From the NCBI GenBank assembly GCA_050011955.1, contig JBEKIC010000003.1, positions 29,835 to 93,834 on the forward strand: DNA of 64,000 nt, written 5' to 3'. This DNA comes from Xanthobacteraceae bacterium (GTDB lineage: Bacteria; Pseudomonadota; Alphaproteobacteria; Rhizobiales; Xanthobacteraceae). The position numbers and the translations under genes are program-made. Shown in pieces: positions 9,111 through 18,414 of this stretch. The notes below the pieces were generated by a model. It made no database searches. It had not been told where the DNA came from and saw nothing but the letters and a program-made list of their open reading frames with translations. How positions within the stretch are numbered: position 1 is the first letter of the stretch; each line of letters begins with the position of its first letter.

Positions 9111-9356
9111 ATGAAATATATCTTTACGCCGACAGCGGAAGACGATTTCGACAAACTCACCCAATTAAACCGGAAGCGCATCGCAACCAAAATGCGCTTC
9201 TATGCATCGCAATCCGACCCGCTACAATTCGCCGAACCGCTTAGTGGCTCCAATGAGTACCGCTTTCGCATCGGGGACTACCGTGTGATTTTCGAAATGC
9301 TTCATGACACGTTGTGGGTAACTGCAATCAAGCGTCGAGACGAAGCCTATCGTTGA
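9111..9356 (+). CDS. type II toxin, RelE/ParE family
   Basis: 81 aa containing YRFRIGDYRVIFEM...VTAIKRRDEAYR, typical of RelE/ParE toxins. Confidence 0.75.
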   Translation: MKYIFTPTAEDDFDKLTQLNRKRIATKMRFYASQSDPLQFAEPLSGSNEYRFRIGDYRVIFEMLHDTLWVTAIKRRDEAYR

Positions 9357-9856
9357 ATTTTTTGTATGGGTATTCGGGCGTCCGCCTTCGGCGCCGGGCT
9401 GTCGTGAACGGAGACGCTTCGCTTTCTCCGCCATCCGGCTTCCATCCCTGACGCGGGGCTCGTCGACCGCCCCCACGAGCCGCTCCCCTTCCCTTTCTTT
9501 ACTGGATAGGCCGCCGCGTCTCACCGTCAAGGGACAAGCCCTTGACCGCTCGCCTGGCCGGCGGCCGAGCTGGTCGCCATGCTCTCGCTTCAGCGAGGCA
9601 GGTCGATTTACCAGCCAGTTCATCAACTTCGTTTTTATGAACAAGAAAGTATCGTTCGCTGAGCGCCTTGCGCAAATGCAGACTGCTGCAACTTCCTTGC
9701 GCGCTATCCTTGAGATAGTCGAGCGCGAGGCATCCGCCATGGCGGAAGTGCAGCAGCGCTTTGCGGCTAGGAAGCCGGCGCCGCGCCAAGCGAACTCGGC
9801 CGAGTAGCGGCTCGTTCCCAAACCCGATCCCCTACCAGGGGTCGGGTTTTAGCGTG

Positions 9857-10423
9857 TTAGAGTGCGCCAGGCGTCAAAGTACCGGCTTGACTCGCGGAAT
9901 CCGTATGAAGATACCCAAACACACAGATAGCAAATCCTGCCAAGAGCACAACAAAGACAATTATATAGAAAGCCCATCTTCCAACCCCTAACCATGCTGA
10001 AGTCGGTACACGTGGCAATTCCCGTGCAACCGCACGTTCAATCATCGTGCTCAAATCAATATGTCGAACCCGCATCTCGGTCTTGCTGCGTTCCTCAAGC
10101 GCTATGAGCGCTACGACCGCGCCTAAAAGAAGCCTATTGTAATAACAGAAATCGATAATCCACACTGCCACCCACAGAAAACAAACGAACAGAAAAAAGA
10201 CTGCGGCGATTTCCCAACTCGTGTGCACACTGGCACTCGTCTTAGCAAACAATCCTACTAACGTTGAAAGTGCCGCAACTCCTCCTAACGCTTGTGTTCG
10301 CAATCTGATGAGAAGATCGTTGAAATGCATCGCGACCTGCTCATATTTTTCCCACAACTCCTTTATTGCCCAACCATCGCCGCCAAATCTTCCTTCTTTT
10401 CCCATCGTGTCATCTGCATCCAT
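9857..10423 (-). CDS. hypothetical multi-pass membrane protein
   Basis: 188 aa with 3-4 hydrophobic helices. Starts 21 nt downstream of the Replic_Relax gene on the same strand. Confidence 0.5.
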   Translation of the reverse strand: MDADDTMGKEGRFGGDGWAIKELWEKYEQVAMHFNDLLIRLRTQALGGVAALSTLVGLFAKTSASVHTSWEIAAVFFLFVCFLWVAVWIIDFCYYNRLLLGAVVALIALEERSKTEMRVRHIDLSTMIERAVARELPRVPTSAWLGVGRWAFYIIVFVVLLAGFAICVFGYLHTDSASQAGTLTPGAL

Positions 10424-10444
10424 GGAATTCTCCTAACACCATCG

Positions 10445-11446
10445 TTAGTCCGTCAGCCTCACCCTTTCCCCCTTGCCCGTCGTCCACTCCGCGCTCAGCG
10501 GATCACTCGCTGCCAGCGTCTCGCGATCGACGAACAGAAAAAAGTTTGTCCCCCTCCCCTCGGTCAGCTCATCGACAACCGACAGCATGTTTTTCACCCG
10601 CTCCGCCGAATTCGTCACCATCGCAACGCGCACCTGCTTCACGCCGAATTGCGTAACATGTTGCTGCGCTTTCCACCCTTCCCAGTAGGTTGAAAGCTTG
10701 TAGGAAATGCTCTTGCGCCAGGCCGGCGTGCCCGGAACGTCCGTGCGCAGCAACGGAATGGTCCCGCGATCGACTTCGAGCACGAAATAGGCCGCGGTCT
10801 CATCGGGAAACACCAAGCCAAAGAGCCCGTCCGGTACGACCGAGAACGTCTCTTTACGCCCCATCATTACCTTATCTACCTTCCAGCGCAGCGGCTCCCG
10901 TGTGCCCCTGGTCTCCTCCGGCGCCAGCGCCAGCACCTCCCGCTCCCGCATGAGCTCCACGTCGTTACGACCCCGGCATGCCAGCTCCAACCCGGTCATA
11001 AAGTCCGCGACTTCGAGCGTATGCTCAATAAAAATGGCACCGGCCCGTTTGTTCTTTTCGGTCCAATCGACACCAATATCAATCAAGTCCCCGTGCTCTC
11101 GCAGCGCCCGCGCGCCCTTCTTGCCGAGGCCGTAGACGAACGGGCGCGGACCTTCCTCCGACAAGCCAATCTTTTGTGCCGCGGGACGATCGAGATACCC
11201 ATGGTCAAACAGCGCGCGCAGGCAGCGCAGCACGTTCTGCGGGCTTCCCCCATCGAGCGCGCACAAGTGCGCCGACGACAGAAAGCGATGTCGAGCGACG
11301 TGCGCAAGCAGGTTTAAATCGCGCGCAGTGAGCTGCAGTGGAGGCGGAGTTTCAGACCGCTGGAAGCGCTTCACCCGTATCCTCGCCGCCGTCTCTAATT
11401 CCATATCCTTTATAGTAACCCGCCAGGGCAAACCGCAGCTGTGCAT
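10445..11446 (-). CDS. Replication-relaxation (Replic_Relax, PF13814-like) family protein
   Basis: LTARDLNLLAHVARHRFLSSAHLCAL..VLRCLRALFDHGYLDR and IEHTLEVADF resemble the Replic_Relax family. The start ATG overlaps the upstream ATPase stop (TAATG). Confidence 0.6.
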   Translation of the reverse strand: MHSCGLPWRVTIKDMELETAARIRVKRFQRSETPPPLQLTARDLNLLAHVARHRFLSSAHLCALDGGSPQNVLRCLRALFDHGYLDRPAAQKIGLSEEGPRPFVYGLGKKGARALREHGDLIDIGVDWTEKNKRAGAIFIEHTLEVADFMTGLELACRGRNDVELMREREVLALAPEETRGTREPLRWKVDKVMMGRKETFSVVPDGLFGLVFPDETAAYFVLEVDRGTIPLLRTDVPGTPAWRKSISYKLSTYWEGWKAQQHVTQFGVKQVRVAMVTNSAERVKNMLSVVDELTEGRGTNFFLFVDRETLAASDPLSAEWTTGKGERVRLTD

Positions 11447-13542
11447 TACTCGGTCGTCCGCTGCCGCGGCTTTAGTTTTCTCTTCGGCGCGGCAACTCGC
11501 CAAGTTTCGGGATCTTGGGGAGTTTCCTCGCGTTCATTGTTCGTCGACGCTTTAGCCCGTGATGATTTTAGAGCTGGGGTCGGAGCTCTGAGTGCTGCCG
11601 CATCCGCAAAGACCTGCTGTTCCCGTTCGTTCACCAGCGCCTGCGCTCTATCCGCCGGCACGGCCGACGGGCTTGCATCGAATAATGCCGCCCGCGCGCT
11701 CGCGCCCCCGTCAGGCGGTCTTTGTACTTCCTGCACGCGCGGTACCGTAACCCGCGCACCCTTCCATCCTTCAATACCTACATAGCTGATGAAAGCATTC
11801 CCTCTTGGGAGCGAGCGCAACTCCCGCGCCGCCATGTATCGAACATTTTCGAGGCTATGAACGGCGCCGGGCAGATCTTTGAAGACCGGGACGATGCCCT
11901 CGGTAACGCCTTCACTGGTCGACGTTCCGCTCATCTCGGCTTCGACGGATGTCTTCGACCGGCTTGAGGAACGGGACGACGCGCGTGACCGACCGCTTTG
12001 GGACCCTCCCGCGGTCGAGTCCGACGTTCCGCTCGTCGCCATCATCATATCCGGCGTGACCATCCAACCGGTCGTCGGCACCATCATTGCGGTCGATGAC
12101 GACAATCCTTCTGCGGACATGAAACTGGTAGACTCGCTCTCAGACTGACTATCGCTATCGCTTTCCGAATGCGAGGACCCCGTAGCGGCGCTTCTTGCGC
12201 GATGCTCGGCCGTCCCCCAGCTTCTGAACATCGTTCGCTCGTACCCGACGACTGCCGGCTTCGTCAGTGCCGCAACCGGCTGCTCAAGATTGAACGGAAT
12301 GACGGTCTCCGCCAATTCCTCCGCCTCTTTCGGATTTTTCAGCCGAAAGACGGCCTTGAGATTGGGGCCGTTGAGCACGGCCTCCCGTATCGGATCATCG
12401 GGCGTCCCCAATTGGGCAAGCCACTGGTGCCCGAGCACACAGCCGAGACCATATTTCCGGGCTTCGCCGAGCAACTCCGGCACATCGCCGGACAAATAGC
12501 GCTGACATTCATCGAGATAGAAGAAGAACGGGATGTCCGGCCGCAGGCGGCGCTTCGCGTGGAAGAAAATAAAGCGGGTCAATAGTCGTCCGAGCAGCTC
12601 GGCATCGGCGTCGGAGACGCGCGTGCCGGGCGACAAGTTCACCAAAATGATATGTCCGTCATCGAGCGCAGCCCGAATATCAAGCGTATGCGCCGTCTGT
12701 CCGATGATGGTGCGAATGGTAGGCGCGCTCACGAATTCAGCGAGGCGATTTTTTGGCCCCATGACCTCGGCACGGAAGTCTCGCTTATTGCGTTCATCGA
12801 GCGCCATTTGATGAAGATCTTCGAGCACTCCGCGGCTGTACCGGTCGATCACTTTCGACAGCGTCCACGCCCGCACGCCCTTCTTGTCGTGCGGATCAAG
12901 GAGCAGCTCGGCGTCTGAGATCGTCAGCCCGAGCTCACAGAGCGCGGAAAACGTGCCCTTGAGCACGCGCCGAATGGTCGGTTTTGCGTGAGTATCCTCA
13001 TCACCCCACACGCGCTCAAAGGCATCGAGCGTCGTGTTGGCAATAACCGAAAGATCAGTTTCCTCATCCGGCCGCTGAAGGGGGTTAAACCCGACCGTAT
13101 GCGTTGCCGCATTCGGATCGACGAGGTGGACGGTACGCGTCTTGTGGTAGCCCTTCTCAAAGAGCCACAGCATGAGCGAGCGATAAAGACCGTCCGGATG
13201 ATTGCCGTGCGGATCGACGACGCACACGCCGCGGCCGCGTTGTATGTCCTGGCGGATGCAGTGCTTCAGAAAATTGGATTTTCCGCTGCCGGTATCGCCA
13301 ATGACGTGCATGTGCTCTAGCCGAGGGCCTTCAGGCAAAACGACCGGTACATTGTTGGCCGTGAGCCCAATCACAACCTCCTTCGGATCATAGCCGCGCT
13401 GGAGTGCGGGTTGGACCTCCGGTGTTGCTCTTGTCTGGCGTTTCGCGGCAAGGCCCGGAAATCGAGCAGCTACTGCTGCCCGAATCGAAGTGCTAGTAAT
13501 GCGGGGTCTGTCTTTGCGTTCGGTCATAGCTCGGTTCCGCAC
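11446..13542 (-). CDS. TraD/VirD4-like coupling-protein-type ATPase with a Ser-rich low-complexity C-terminal tail
   Basis: Walker A GDTGSGKSN, Walker B FFFYLDECQ, LGHQWLAQL motif. C-terminal tail SSHSESDSDSQSESES...SRSRASSRSSSRSK. Confidence 0.65.
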   Translation of the reverse strand: MRNRAMTERKDRPRITSTSIRAAVAARFPGLAAKRQTRATPEVQPALQRGYDPKEVVIGLTANNVPVVLPEGPRLEHMHVIGDTGSGKSNFLKHCIRQDIQRGRGVCVVDPHGNHPDGLYRSLMLWLFEKGYHKTRTVHLVDPNAATHTVGFNPLQRPDEETDLSVIANTTLDAFERVWGDEDTHAKPTIRRVLKGTFSALCELGLTISDAELLLDPHDKKGVRAWTLSKVIDRYSRGVLEDLHQMALDERNKRDFRAEVMGPKNRLAEFVSAPTIRTIIGQTAHTLDIRAALDDGHIILVNLSPGTRVSDADAELLGRLLTRFIFFHAKRRLRPDIPFFFYLDECQRYLSGDVPELLGEARKYGLGCVLGHQWLAQLGTPDDPIREAVLNGPNLKAVFRLKNPKEAEELAETVIPFNLEQPVAALTKPAVVGYERTMFRSWGTAEHRARSAATGSSHSESDSDSQSESESTSFMSAEGLSSSTAMMVPTTGWMVTPDMMMATSGTSDSTAGGSQSGRSRASSRSSSRSKTSVEAEMSGTSTSEGVTEGIVPVFKDLPGAVHSLENVRYMAARELRSLPRGNAFISYVGIEGWKGARVTVPRVQEVQRPPDGGASARAALFDASPSAVPADRAQALVNEREQQVFADAAALRAPTPALKSSRAKASTNNEREETPQDPETWRVAAPKRKLKPRQRTTE

Positions 13543-13668
13543 CTCGATGTCAGGCGAAGCCTTTTGACAGACCGACCTATGTATGTATTACAATTATCTA
13601 ATGCGCCTCCCACACGGGTGGCGAGACCCTGGAGTGGTTCGGGGCTCGCTACTGAAATGGGAGACGCT

Positions 13669-13932
13669 ATGTCTGCAAAGATCATCCAGTTTCCTCGTTC
13701 AAAATTGGCTCCAATCAGCGACAGAATGCCAACGACCCGAAGCCGGGTGGATGAGCTGCGAGCCGAGCTCAATGCGGTGTTGGCACAAGGAACGGCAAAC
13801 GGTTCTTTCAAGCAAAGTCGGGAGACCGCGATAGACGATCTGTTCGCATCCGTTGCCCAAATTCACGCACGGGTAGCCCAGCTGAACAAGTACGCGAATG
13901 ACGGTCACATCCGACATTCTCAGCACCGGTGA
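13669..13932 (+). CDS. small hypothetical protein (MSAKIIQFP family)
   Basis: N-terminal MSAKIIQFPRS is shared with the ORF at 23403 (MSAKIIPFPS). Divergent from the ATPase operon. Confidence 0.45.
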   Translation: MSAKIIQFPRSKLAPISDRMPTTRSRVDELRAELNAVLAQGTANGSFKQSRETAIDDLFASVAQIHARVAQLNKYANDGHIRHSQHR

Positions 13933-13964
13933 GAGTAACGGCCCCGACAATAGTCGGGGCTTTC

Positions 13965-14981
13965 TTATCCAGTCGCGCGCGTTTTGTACAAACGCTCAAT
14001 CTCTCCATCGATCTTCTGAATCACTTCCTTGATCGACGCCGCTTGCACTTCCTCTCCGCGTGCCATCGCCGAACGCCAATATTGGTGCGCTTGTTCCTTC
14101 AGCTCGATCAGCTTTTCAATGTCGTCATCTCCGCCGGCCCTTGCCTCGTCCCTTACACCGAGCGCGGGAGGTACTCGGTTCGGGTATAAGTCAACCACGG
14201 CAGCAAGGTCGGCTCCCTTGCGCACCTCGCCAAGCATAAAATTCAGCCCTTTGAAGTGATGGGTCGCCTCCAGACCGTATTTCGCCTTCCATTCCTCCCG
14301 CTCCGCAGCAGCCGCCTCCCGCTCTCGATTCGAATATCCTGTCTTTGCTTCCGTCCCGACCACGTGGCGGAGGTCTGCAACTTGTTGCATTCCGCGCGTT
14401 AAATCGACGTAGAGATTGAAAATTCCACGCAACACGCCGGGTGCATTTAAAACAATAAAAGCTATGATAGCCGCACCGACAAAGTAGCCGTTATAGAATG
14501 TGTCTCGGGCCTGCACCCACGGGGAGTAGGGCGGATATTCTACGTGCACATTGAGAAGCCAAAGCCCCACGGCGAGGTAGCCGGCAAGCAGCACGTTCGC
14601 CGAAGCAATTTTTTCACTCTTACTTCCAACAAACGATATGAGGCTGTAGATGATGAGCAAGCCAACGCAAATGATTTCAAGGAGCGGTGACCACCCGTAA
14701 AACAATAGTTCAGCATCGGTGGCAAAGGGGCTGTAGGATGATTTCATCACGTATGTTTTGCCGTTCTTGCATGTCAATGAGTAGGTAAAGCACGAGCTGG
14801 TGCATCCGCTCGGCGGACTCCAGTCGGTGATGGTGATGGAATTGACTGCCGACCCAATGCATTGGTCGGCGTTGTGCTTCTGAACCTCTGTTGCGGAGCA
14901 GGGCGTAGCAAGAAGCAACACGAGATAGAGAACGAGCCCCCACACCAGGCGTTCCATTCGCCCCCCCCCAGCACGCTCCAC
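13965..14981 (-). CDS. hypothetical exported/membrane protein
   Basis: Signal-like N-terminus (LVWGLVLYLVLLLATPCSA), a Cys-rich ectodomain, about 4 TM helices and a C-terminal coiled coil. Confidence 0.5.
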   Translation of the reverse strand: MERAGGGRMERLVWGLVLYLVLLLATPCSATEVQKHNADQCIGSAVNSITITDWSPPSGCTSSCFTYSLTCKNGKTYVMKSSYSPFATDAELLFYGWSPLLEIICVGLLIIYSLISFVGSKSEKIASANVLLAGYLAVGLWLLNVHVEYPPYSPWVQARDTFYNGYFVGAAIIAFIVLNAPGVLRGIFNLYVDLTRGMQQVADLRHVVGTEAKTGYSNREREAAAAEREEWKAKYGLEATHHFKGLNFMLGEVRKGADLAAVVDLYPNRVPPALGVRDEARAGGDDDIEKLIELKEQAHQYWRSAMARGEEVQAASIKEVIQKIDGEIERLYKTRATG

Positions 14982-15143
14982 AACCTCCGCTACCGTAACG
15001 TCGGTTGATCGCCCTGAAAAGCGCCTACCGTCAAAATCCCCGACTTTGCGCTAACTACCTGCCTGTGCTAGGCTTTTCCCGGCTCCGCCTTGTTGGCCGC
15101 CGCCTGAATTCTCGGGCGCCGGTCGTGCAAGACGGAGAATTCC

Positions 15144-15398
15144 ATGAGCCTTGACATAGCGGCCGGCAAAATCCCGCCGGTCCCCTTCCCCATCCAATAC
15201 GTCACCGCAGAGATTACGCCGCTCATCGGCGGCCAGTTCTCGGTCGTGATGCAAGCCACACTGCTCGACGAAGAACAACTTGAATTCGTCGGCCAAGACC
15301 TCGCAAACGCCCACGTCGATACGCTCGACGAGGCGCTCGCCATCATCCGAACGAACGTGGCTGCCCTCGGTCCCCCGCTTTCACGAGCGGTGGCGTGA
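15144..15398 (+). CDS. hypothetical protein (84 aa)
   Basis: First gene of a tightly spaced plus-strand operon running 15144-16155. Confidence 0.4.
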   Translation: MSLDIAAGKIPPVPFPIQYVTAEITPLIGGQFSVVMQATLLDEEQLEFVGQDLANAHVDTLDEALAIIRTNVAALGPPLSRAVA

Positions 15399-15408
15399 GG
15401 AGGCGGCG

Positions 15409-15516
15409 ATGAATACCGCCACTCTCAAGAAATCTGACCGCATCCGGGTGCTGCCCCGCAATTTCCGGAGCGTCTTTATCGTCGTCTCAGCTTTGGTGCT
15501 CCTGGTGTTGGTATGA
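15409..15516 (+). CDS. small hydrophobic peptide (35 aa)
   Basis: MNTATLKKSDRIRVLPRNFRSVFIVVSALVLLVLV. Its stop overlaps the next start (ATGA). Confidence 0.35.
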   Translation: MNTATLKKSDRIRVLPRNFRSVFIVVSALVLLVLV

Positions 15517-15854
15517 GCACCGAAAACTTCGACAACGCGAGAGTTATCCGCATCCTCAACGACAACTTCCGCAGCACCTTCGTCGGCGGCCAGGTGGTCA
15601 TGACGCAGGGCGTCAATGCCATGCCGATCGACACCAAAGCGCGCGTGCTCTTGGCGGTTCAGTCCTTCAGCAATTTCACGAAGGACAATGACCCGCACGG
15701 CGAGCACGACTTCGGCAGCATCGAGATCGAGGGCGAAACCTACTTCTTTAAGGTGGATTACTACGCCCTCGACCTAAACGGCGGGTCGGAAGATCCAGCT
15801 GACCCAAGCGTTACGACGCGCGTGCTTACCATCATGCGCGCCGATGAGTACTGA
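15513..15854 (+). CDS. DUF3768-like protein
   Basis: NDPHGEHDFGSIEIEGETYFFKVDYYALDLNGGSEDPADPSVTTRVLTIMRADEY matches my recollection of DUF3768 plasmid proteins. Confidence 0.6.
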   Translation: MSTENFDNARVIRILNDNFRSTFVGGQVVMTQGVNAMPIDTKARVLLAVQSFSNFTKDNDPHGEHDFGSIEIEGETYFFKVDYYALDLNGGSEDPADPSVTTRVLTIMRADEY

Positions 15855-15894
15855 ACCCCACACCAACCCAAATCAACAAGGAGAGGAGTTGACC

Positions 15895-16155
15895 ATGGCT
15901 GCTCAACAGCCGACTTACCAAGCATACACCGTCGTCAAGCGTGAGGGCCAAGATGACTTTTGGCTCAACATCGGAGCGGCGTTCATGCATCAGGACGGCG
16001 AGGGTTTCAACATCGTCCTGCAGGCACTCCCGATCAACGGCAAGATCGTCCTGCGTCCGCCAAAAGCAGACGCGAAGGACGGAGAGCCCGAGCGCGCTCA
16101 AAAAACAATCCGCGCGGAAAACGATCGCCGCAAGAACGCACGCCGCGAGAAGTAA
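15895..16155 (+). CDS. hypothetical protein (86 aa)
   Basis: SD GGAGAGGAG lies before the ATG at 15895. The C-terminus is basic. No domain recognised. Confidence 0.45.
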   Translation: MAAQQPTYQAYTVVKREGQDDFWLNIGAAFMHQDGEGFNIVLQALPINGKIVLRPPKADAKDGEPERAQKTIRAENDRRKNARREK

Positions 16156-16304
16156 GAAATCCGGCCATCTGGGAACGCAACGCAAACGGCGCTCTGTCAA
16201 GTGCACCTAAAACAGTGCTCTTGGCACTGCCCGCTTCACCGAAGCGGACTATTCGACAGCTCTTTGAACTTCGCAGCTCTCATCCGGGCTACGCTGCGAA
16301 CTCA

Positions 16305-16332
16305 GCCCCGCCACTCACGTGCGCGGGCTTTT
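16305..16332 (+). terminator. intrinsic-terminator-like hairpin, member of a 3-copy family
   Basis: gccccgc-cactcacgt-gcgcgggc followed by tttt. Confidence 0.55.
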
Positions 16333-16441
16333 CATTTCCGGCTTCGACGCTGGTAAGGTCTTATTAACCATCCATCAATAGTGTCCGCCAAATCACTTTG
16401 TCCCAAAAATTCCGAAGGCCGCCAATAGGCCCACCGACCTC

Positions 16442-16624
16442 ATGACTTCAGATCAGGCCCGACAACAGGCAGAAAAAAGCTTCAAGCAGGAAGAGCGCGT
16501 GCGGGATGGCCGACAGGCGATGACCGAATATGAAGCCCAAGCGCGCGCCACTCGCGAAAAGACCGCACGTTTGAATGAAGGCAACCGGTCGTCGGTTAGG
16601 CTCGCATGTTGCGCAACCAGTTGA
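16442..16624 (+). pseudogene. small Lys/Glu-rich protein, probably 3'-truncated
   Basis: MTSDQARQQAEKSFKQEERVRDGRQAMTEYEAQARATREKTARL, then unrelated residues. Its first 25 nt are duplicated at 407-431. Confidence 0.4.
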
Positions 16625-16729
16625 CTATTTTCCGCATTAGAACACTGTCAAGGTGAGTCGCGTAGGAACATCAATGTCAATCAATTGGTTCAGGCGAGGG
16701 CGTTTGCGAGATTGAAGAGGTTGTGAACG

Positions 16730-17455
16730 GTGCAGAGCATCGATCATCCGGCAGTTACTGTCTCGACCCCTCGCAACAGGAATCTAGACACTATTGTCCA
16801 TGTGGTCGACGATGATGAGGCGACCCGGGATTTGTTCCTGCTTCTGCTCAAGACAGTTGGTATTGAGGCCATAACTTACTCATTGCCTTCCGTGTTCATT
16901 GAAGAGTTCGATCCCGCTCGACCTGGCTGTGTCGTTCTCGACCTGCGGATGCCGGAATTGAGTGGTATCGAAATACTGTCTTGGTTGCGAACGCGCGCAA
17001 GGACGGTCCCCGTGATCTTGGTGTCCGGTTACGGCGATCTGGAAACGGTGGTCCGCACCATGAAGCTGGGAGCGGTCGAATTCTTCGAAAAGCCGTTCAA
17101 CAAGGAGTTGCTCATCGAGACGATTCAGCACTGGGTTCGAAGCGACATCGCGGCCCATCGGGTTTGGACCCAGCACGCGGTCACCTTGGATCGGCTCGCC
17201 ACGTTGTCTTGTCGGGAGAGACAGGTTCTCGAATGCGTGCTCGACGGCATGTCAAACAAAGAGACGGCGCGCCGTCTTGGCGTTAGCCCAAAGGCAATTG
17301 AGATTTACCGCGCCCATCTCATGCAGAAGATGGAGGCAGCCAACGTCGTGAAGTTGGTTATGCAAATTACCGGCTGCCTGAAAGGCGCCGGTCACCCCGT
17401 ATTCCAGCCCAGTTCCTCAAGGAATGCAGCTGGAAGACTTGTGAATTGGAGCTGA
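16730..17455 (+). CDS. FixJ/LuxR-family response regulator (REC + HTH_LuxR)
   Basis: REC domain VHVVDDDEATRD...VVLDLRMPELSG...FFEKPF, and LuxR HTH LSCRERQVLECVLDGMSNKETARRLGVSPKAIEIYRAHLMQKM. Confidence 0.85.
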   Translation: MQSIDHPAVTVSTPRNRNLDTIVHVVDDDEATRDLFLLLLKTVGIEAITYSLPSVFIEEFDPARPGCVVLDLRMPELSGIEILSWLRTRARTVPVILVSGYGDLETVVRTMKLGAVEFFEKPFNKELLIETIQHWVRSDIAAHRVWTQHAVTLDRLATLSCRERQVLECVLDGMSNKETARRLGVSPKAIEIYRAHLMQKMEAANVVKLVMQITGCLKGAGHPVFQPSSSRNAAGRLVNWS

Positions 17456-17704
17456 CGACAGCCGCTTTCAGCAACTGCGGCAACGAAATCGCGCAGATGC
17501 TCTGCATTAGCTAAAACCTAATCTGACAGAAGTGTCCTGGTTCCGACGGCGAACCGCAATTGAAAGCGCTCCGATTAGCCAAGGAAGCCACAGGCGCAGA
17601 CCGGGGAGCCGACACCGAAGCAATCAGAGCGGCGTTCTTCGCGCCGCGAAAAATAACAGCTCTTTGAACTTTCAGGCTCGGCTCACGCCTACGCCTAACA
17701 CTCA

Positions 17705-17733
17705 GCCCCGCCACTCACGTGTGCGGGGCTTTT
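17705..17733 (+). terminator. intrinsic-terminator-like hairpin (family copy 2)
   Basis: gccccgc-cactcacgtgt-gcggggc followed by tttt. Confidence 0.6.
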
Positions 17734-17789
17734 ATTTGTTTGCAACCTGTGTAAAATTACGACCAAACGTGTTTTTAAGGGATGCACCA

Positions 17790-18075
17790 ATGCTGACCGC
17801 AGAAGACTGCCACCGAAAGGCCTCAGAGCATTTGCAGGCTGCCCCAAGAAGCCTCCGATCCGAATACAAGCCAGAGCTTGCGCCGCCTTTCTGACGCATG
17901 GGCCACGCTGGCGCGGCAGATCGAGAAAGACCCTCATACAGTGCGGCAGCGGAATGCCGCGCTGAAACAGTCTCACCAAACGGAACCTCGCAAGGCTAAT
18001 ATCGACACCGCACAAGTCGCGGATATCTTGCGGGAGCGCCTACAACTCAGCGATTCTGATGAGCCAAAGTCCTAA
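17790..18075 (+). pseudogene. small protein (MLTAEDC... family) with an apparent frameshift near 17880
   Basis: MLTAEDCHRKASEHLQAA... stops at 17894. An overlapping frame continues RRLSDAWATLARQIEKDP..., which looks like the C-terminal part of the same family. Confidence 0.4.
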
Positions 18076-18148
18076 TCCCGGCACAGATCTTTTCTTTTAG
18101 AACATTTCAAGCTATAAATCGATTCGGTTTGTAGCCGGGAGATCATAC

Positions 18149-18325
18149 ATGCCAAAGAACGGATCAAAGAGACGCGCTTGGACTTCGGTACAGGTTCGCG
18201 AACTCAAGTCGCTCGCGCGCAAGAAGACGCCAGCGGGGAAAATCGCCAAGTCTCTGAAGCGCACCGAGAGCGCGACGCGGCAAAAAGCGTTCAGCCTTGG
18301 ATTATCTCTCGACTCGCGCGCCTAA
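18149..18325 (+). CDS. small basic protein (58 aa), not in the ORF track
   Basis: ATG at 18149 gives MPKNGSKRRAWTSVQVRELKSLARKKTPAGKIAKSLKRTESATRQKAFSLGLSLDSRA, followed by the hairpin at 18354. Confidence 0.5.
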   Translation: MPKNGSKRRAWTSVQVRELKSLARKKTPAGKIAKSLKRTESATRQKAFSLGLSLDSRA

Positions 18326-18353
18326 CGAGCCAAAGTTCGTACGTTGCCAACAA

Positions 18354-18382
18354 GCCCCGCCACTTCCGTGCGCGGGGCTTTT
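18354..18382 (+). terminator. intrinsic-terminator-like hairpin (family copy 3)
   Basis: gccccgc-cacttccgtgc-gcggggc followed by tttt. Confidence 0.6.
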
Positions 18383-18414
18383 CCTATCCACCTCAGAAGC
18401 TGTCGCGCCTCCAA

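Noticed and set aside
9360-9856. ORFs 9222-9821 (-) and 9499-9789 (-) in the gap after the RelE toxin.
   Set aside because: The translations are Arg-rich and unconvincing, with no SD or family signal. The region may hold a decayed gene or a non-coding element, and I cannot support a call.
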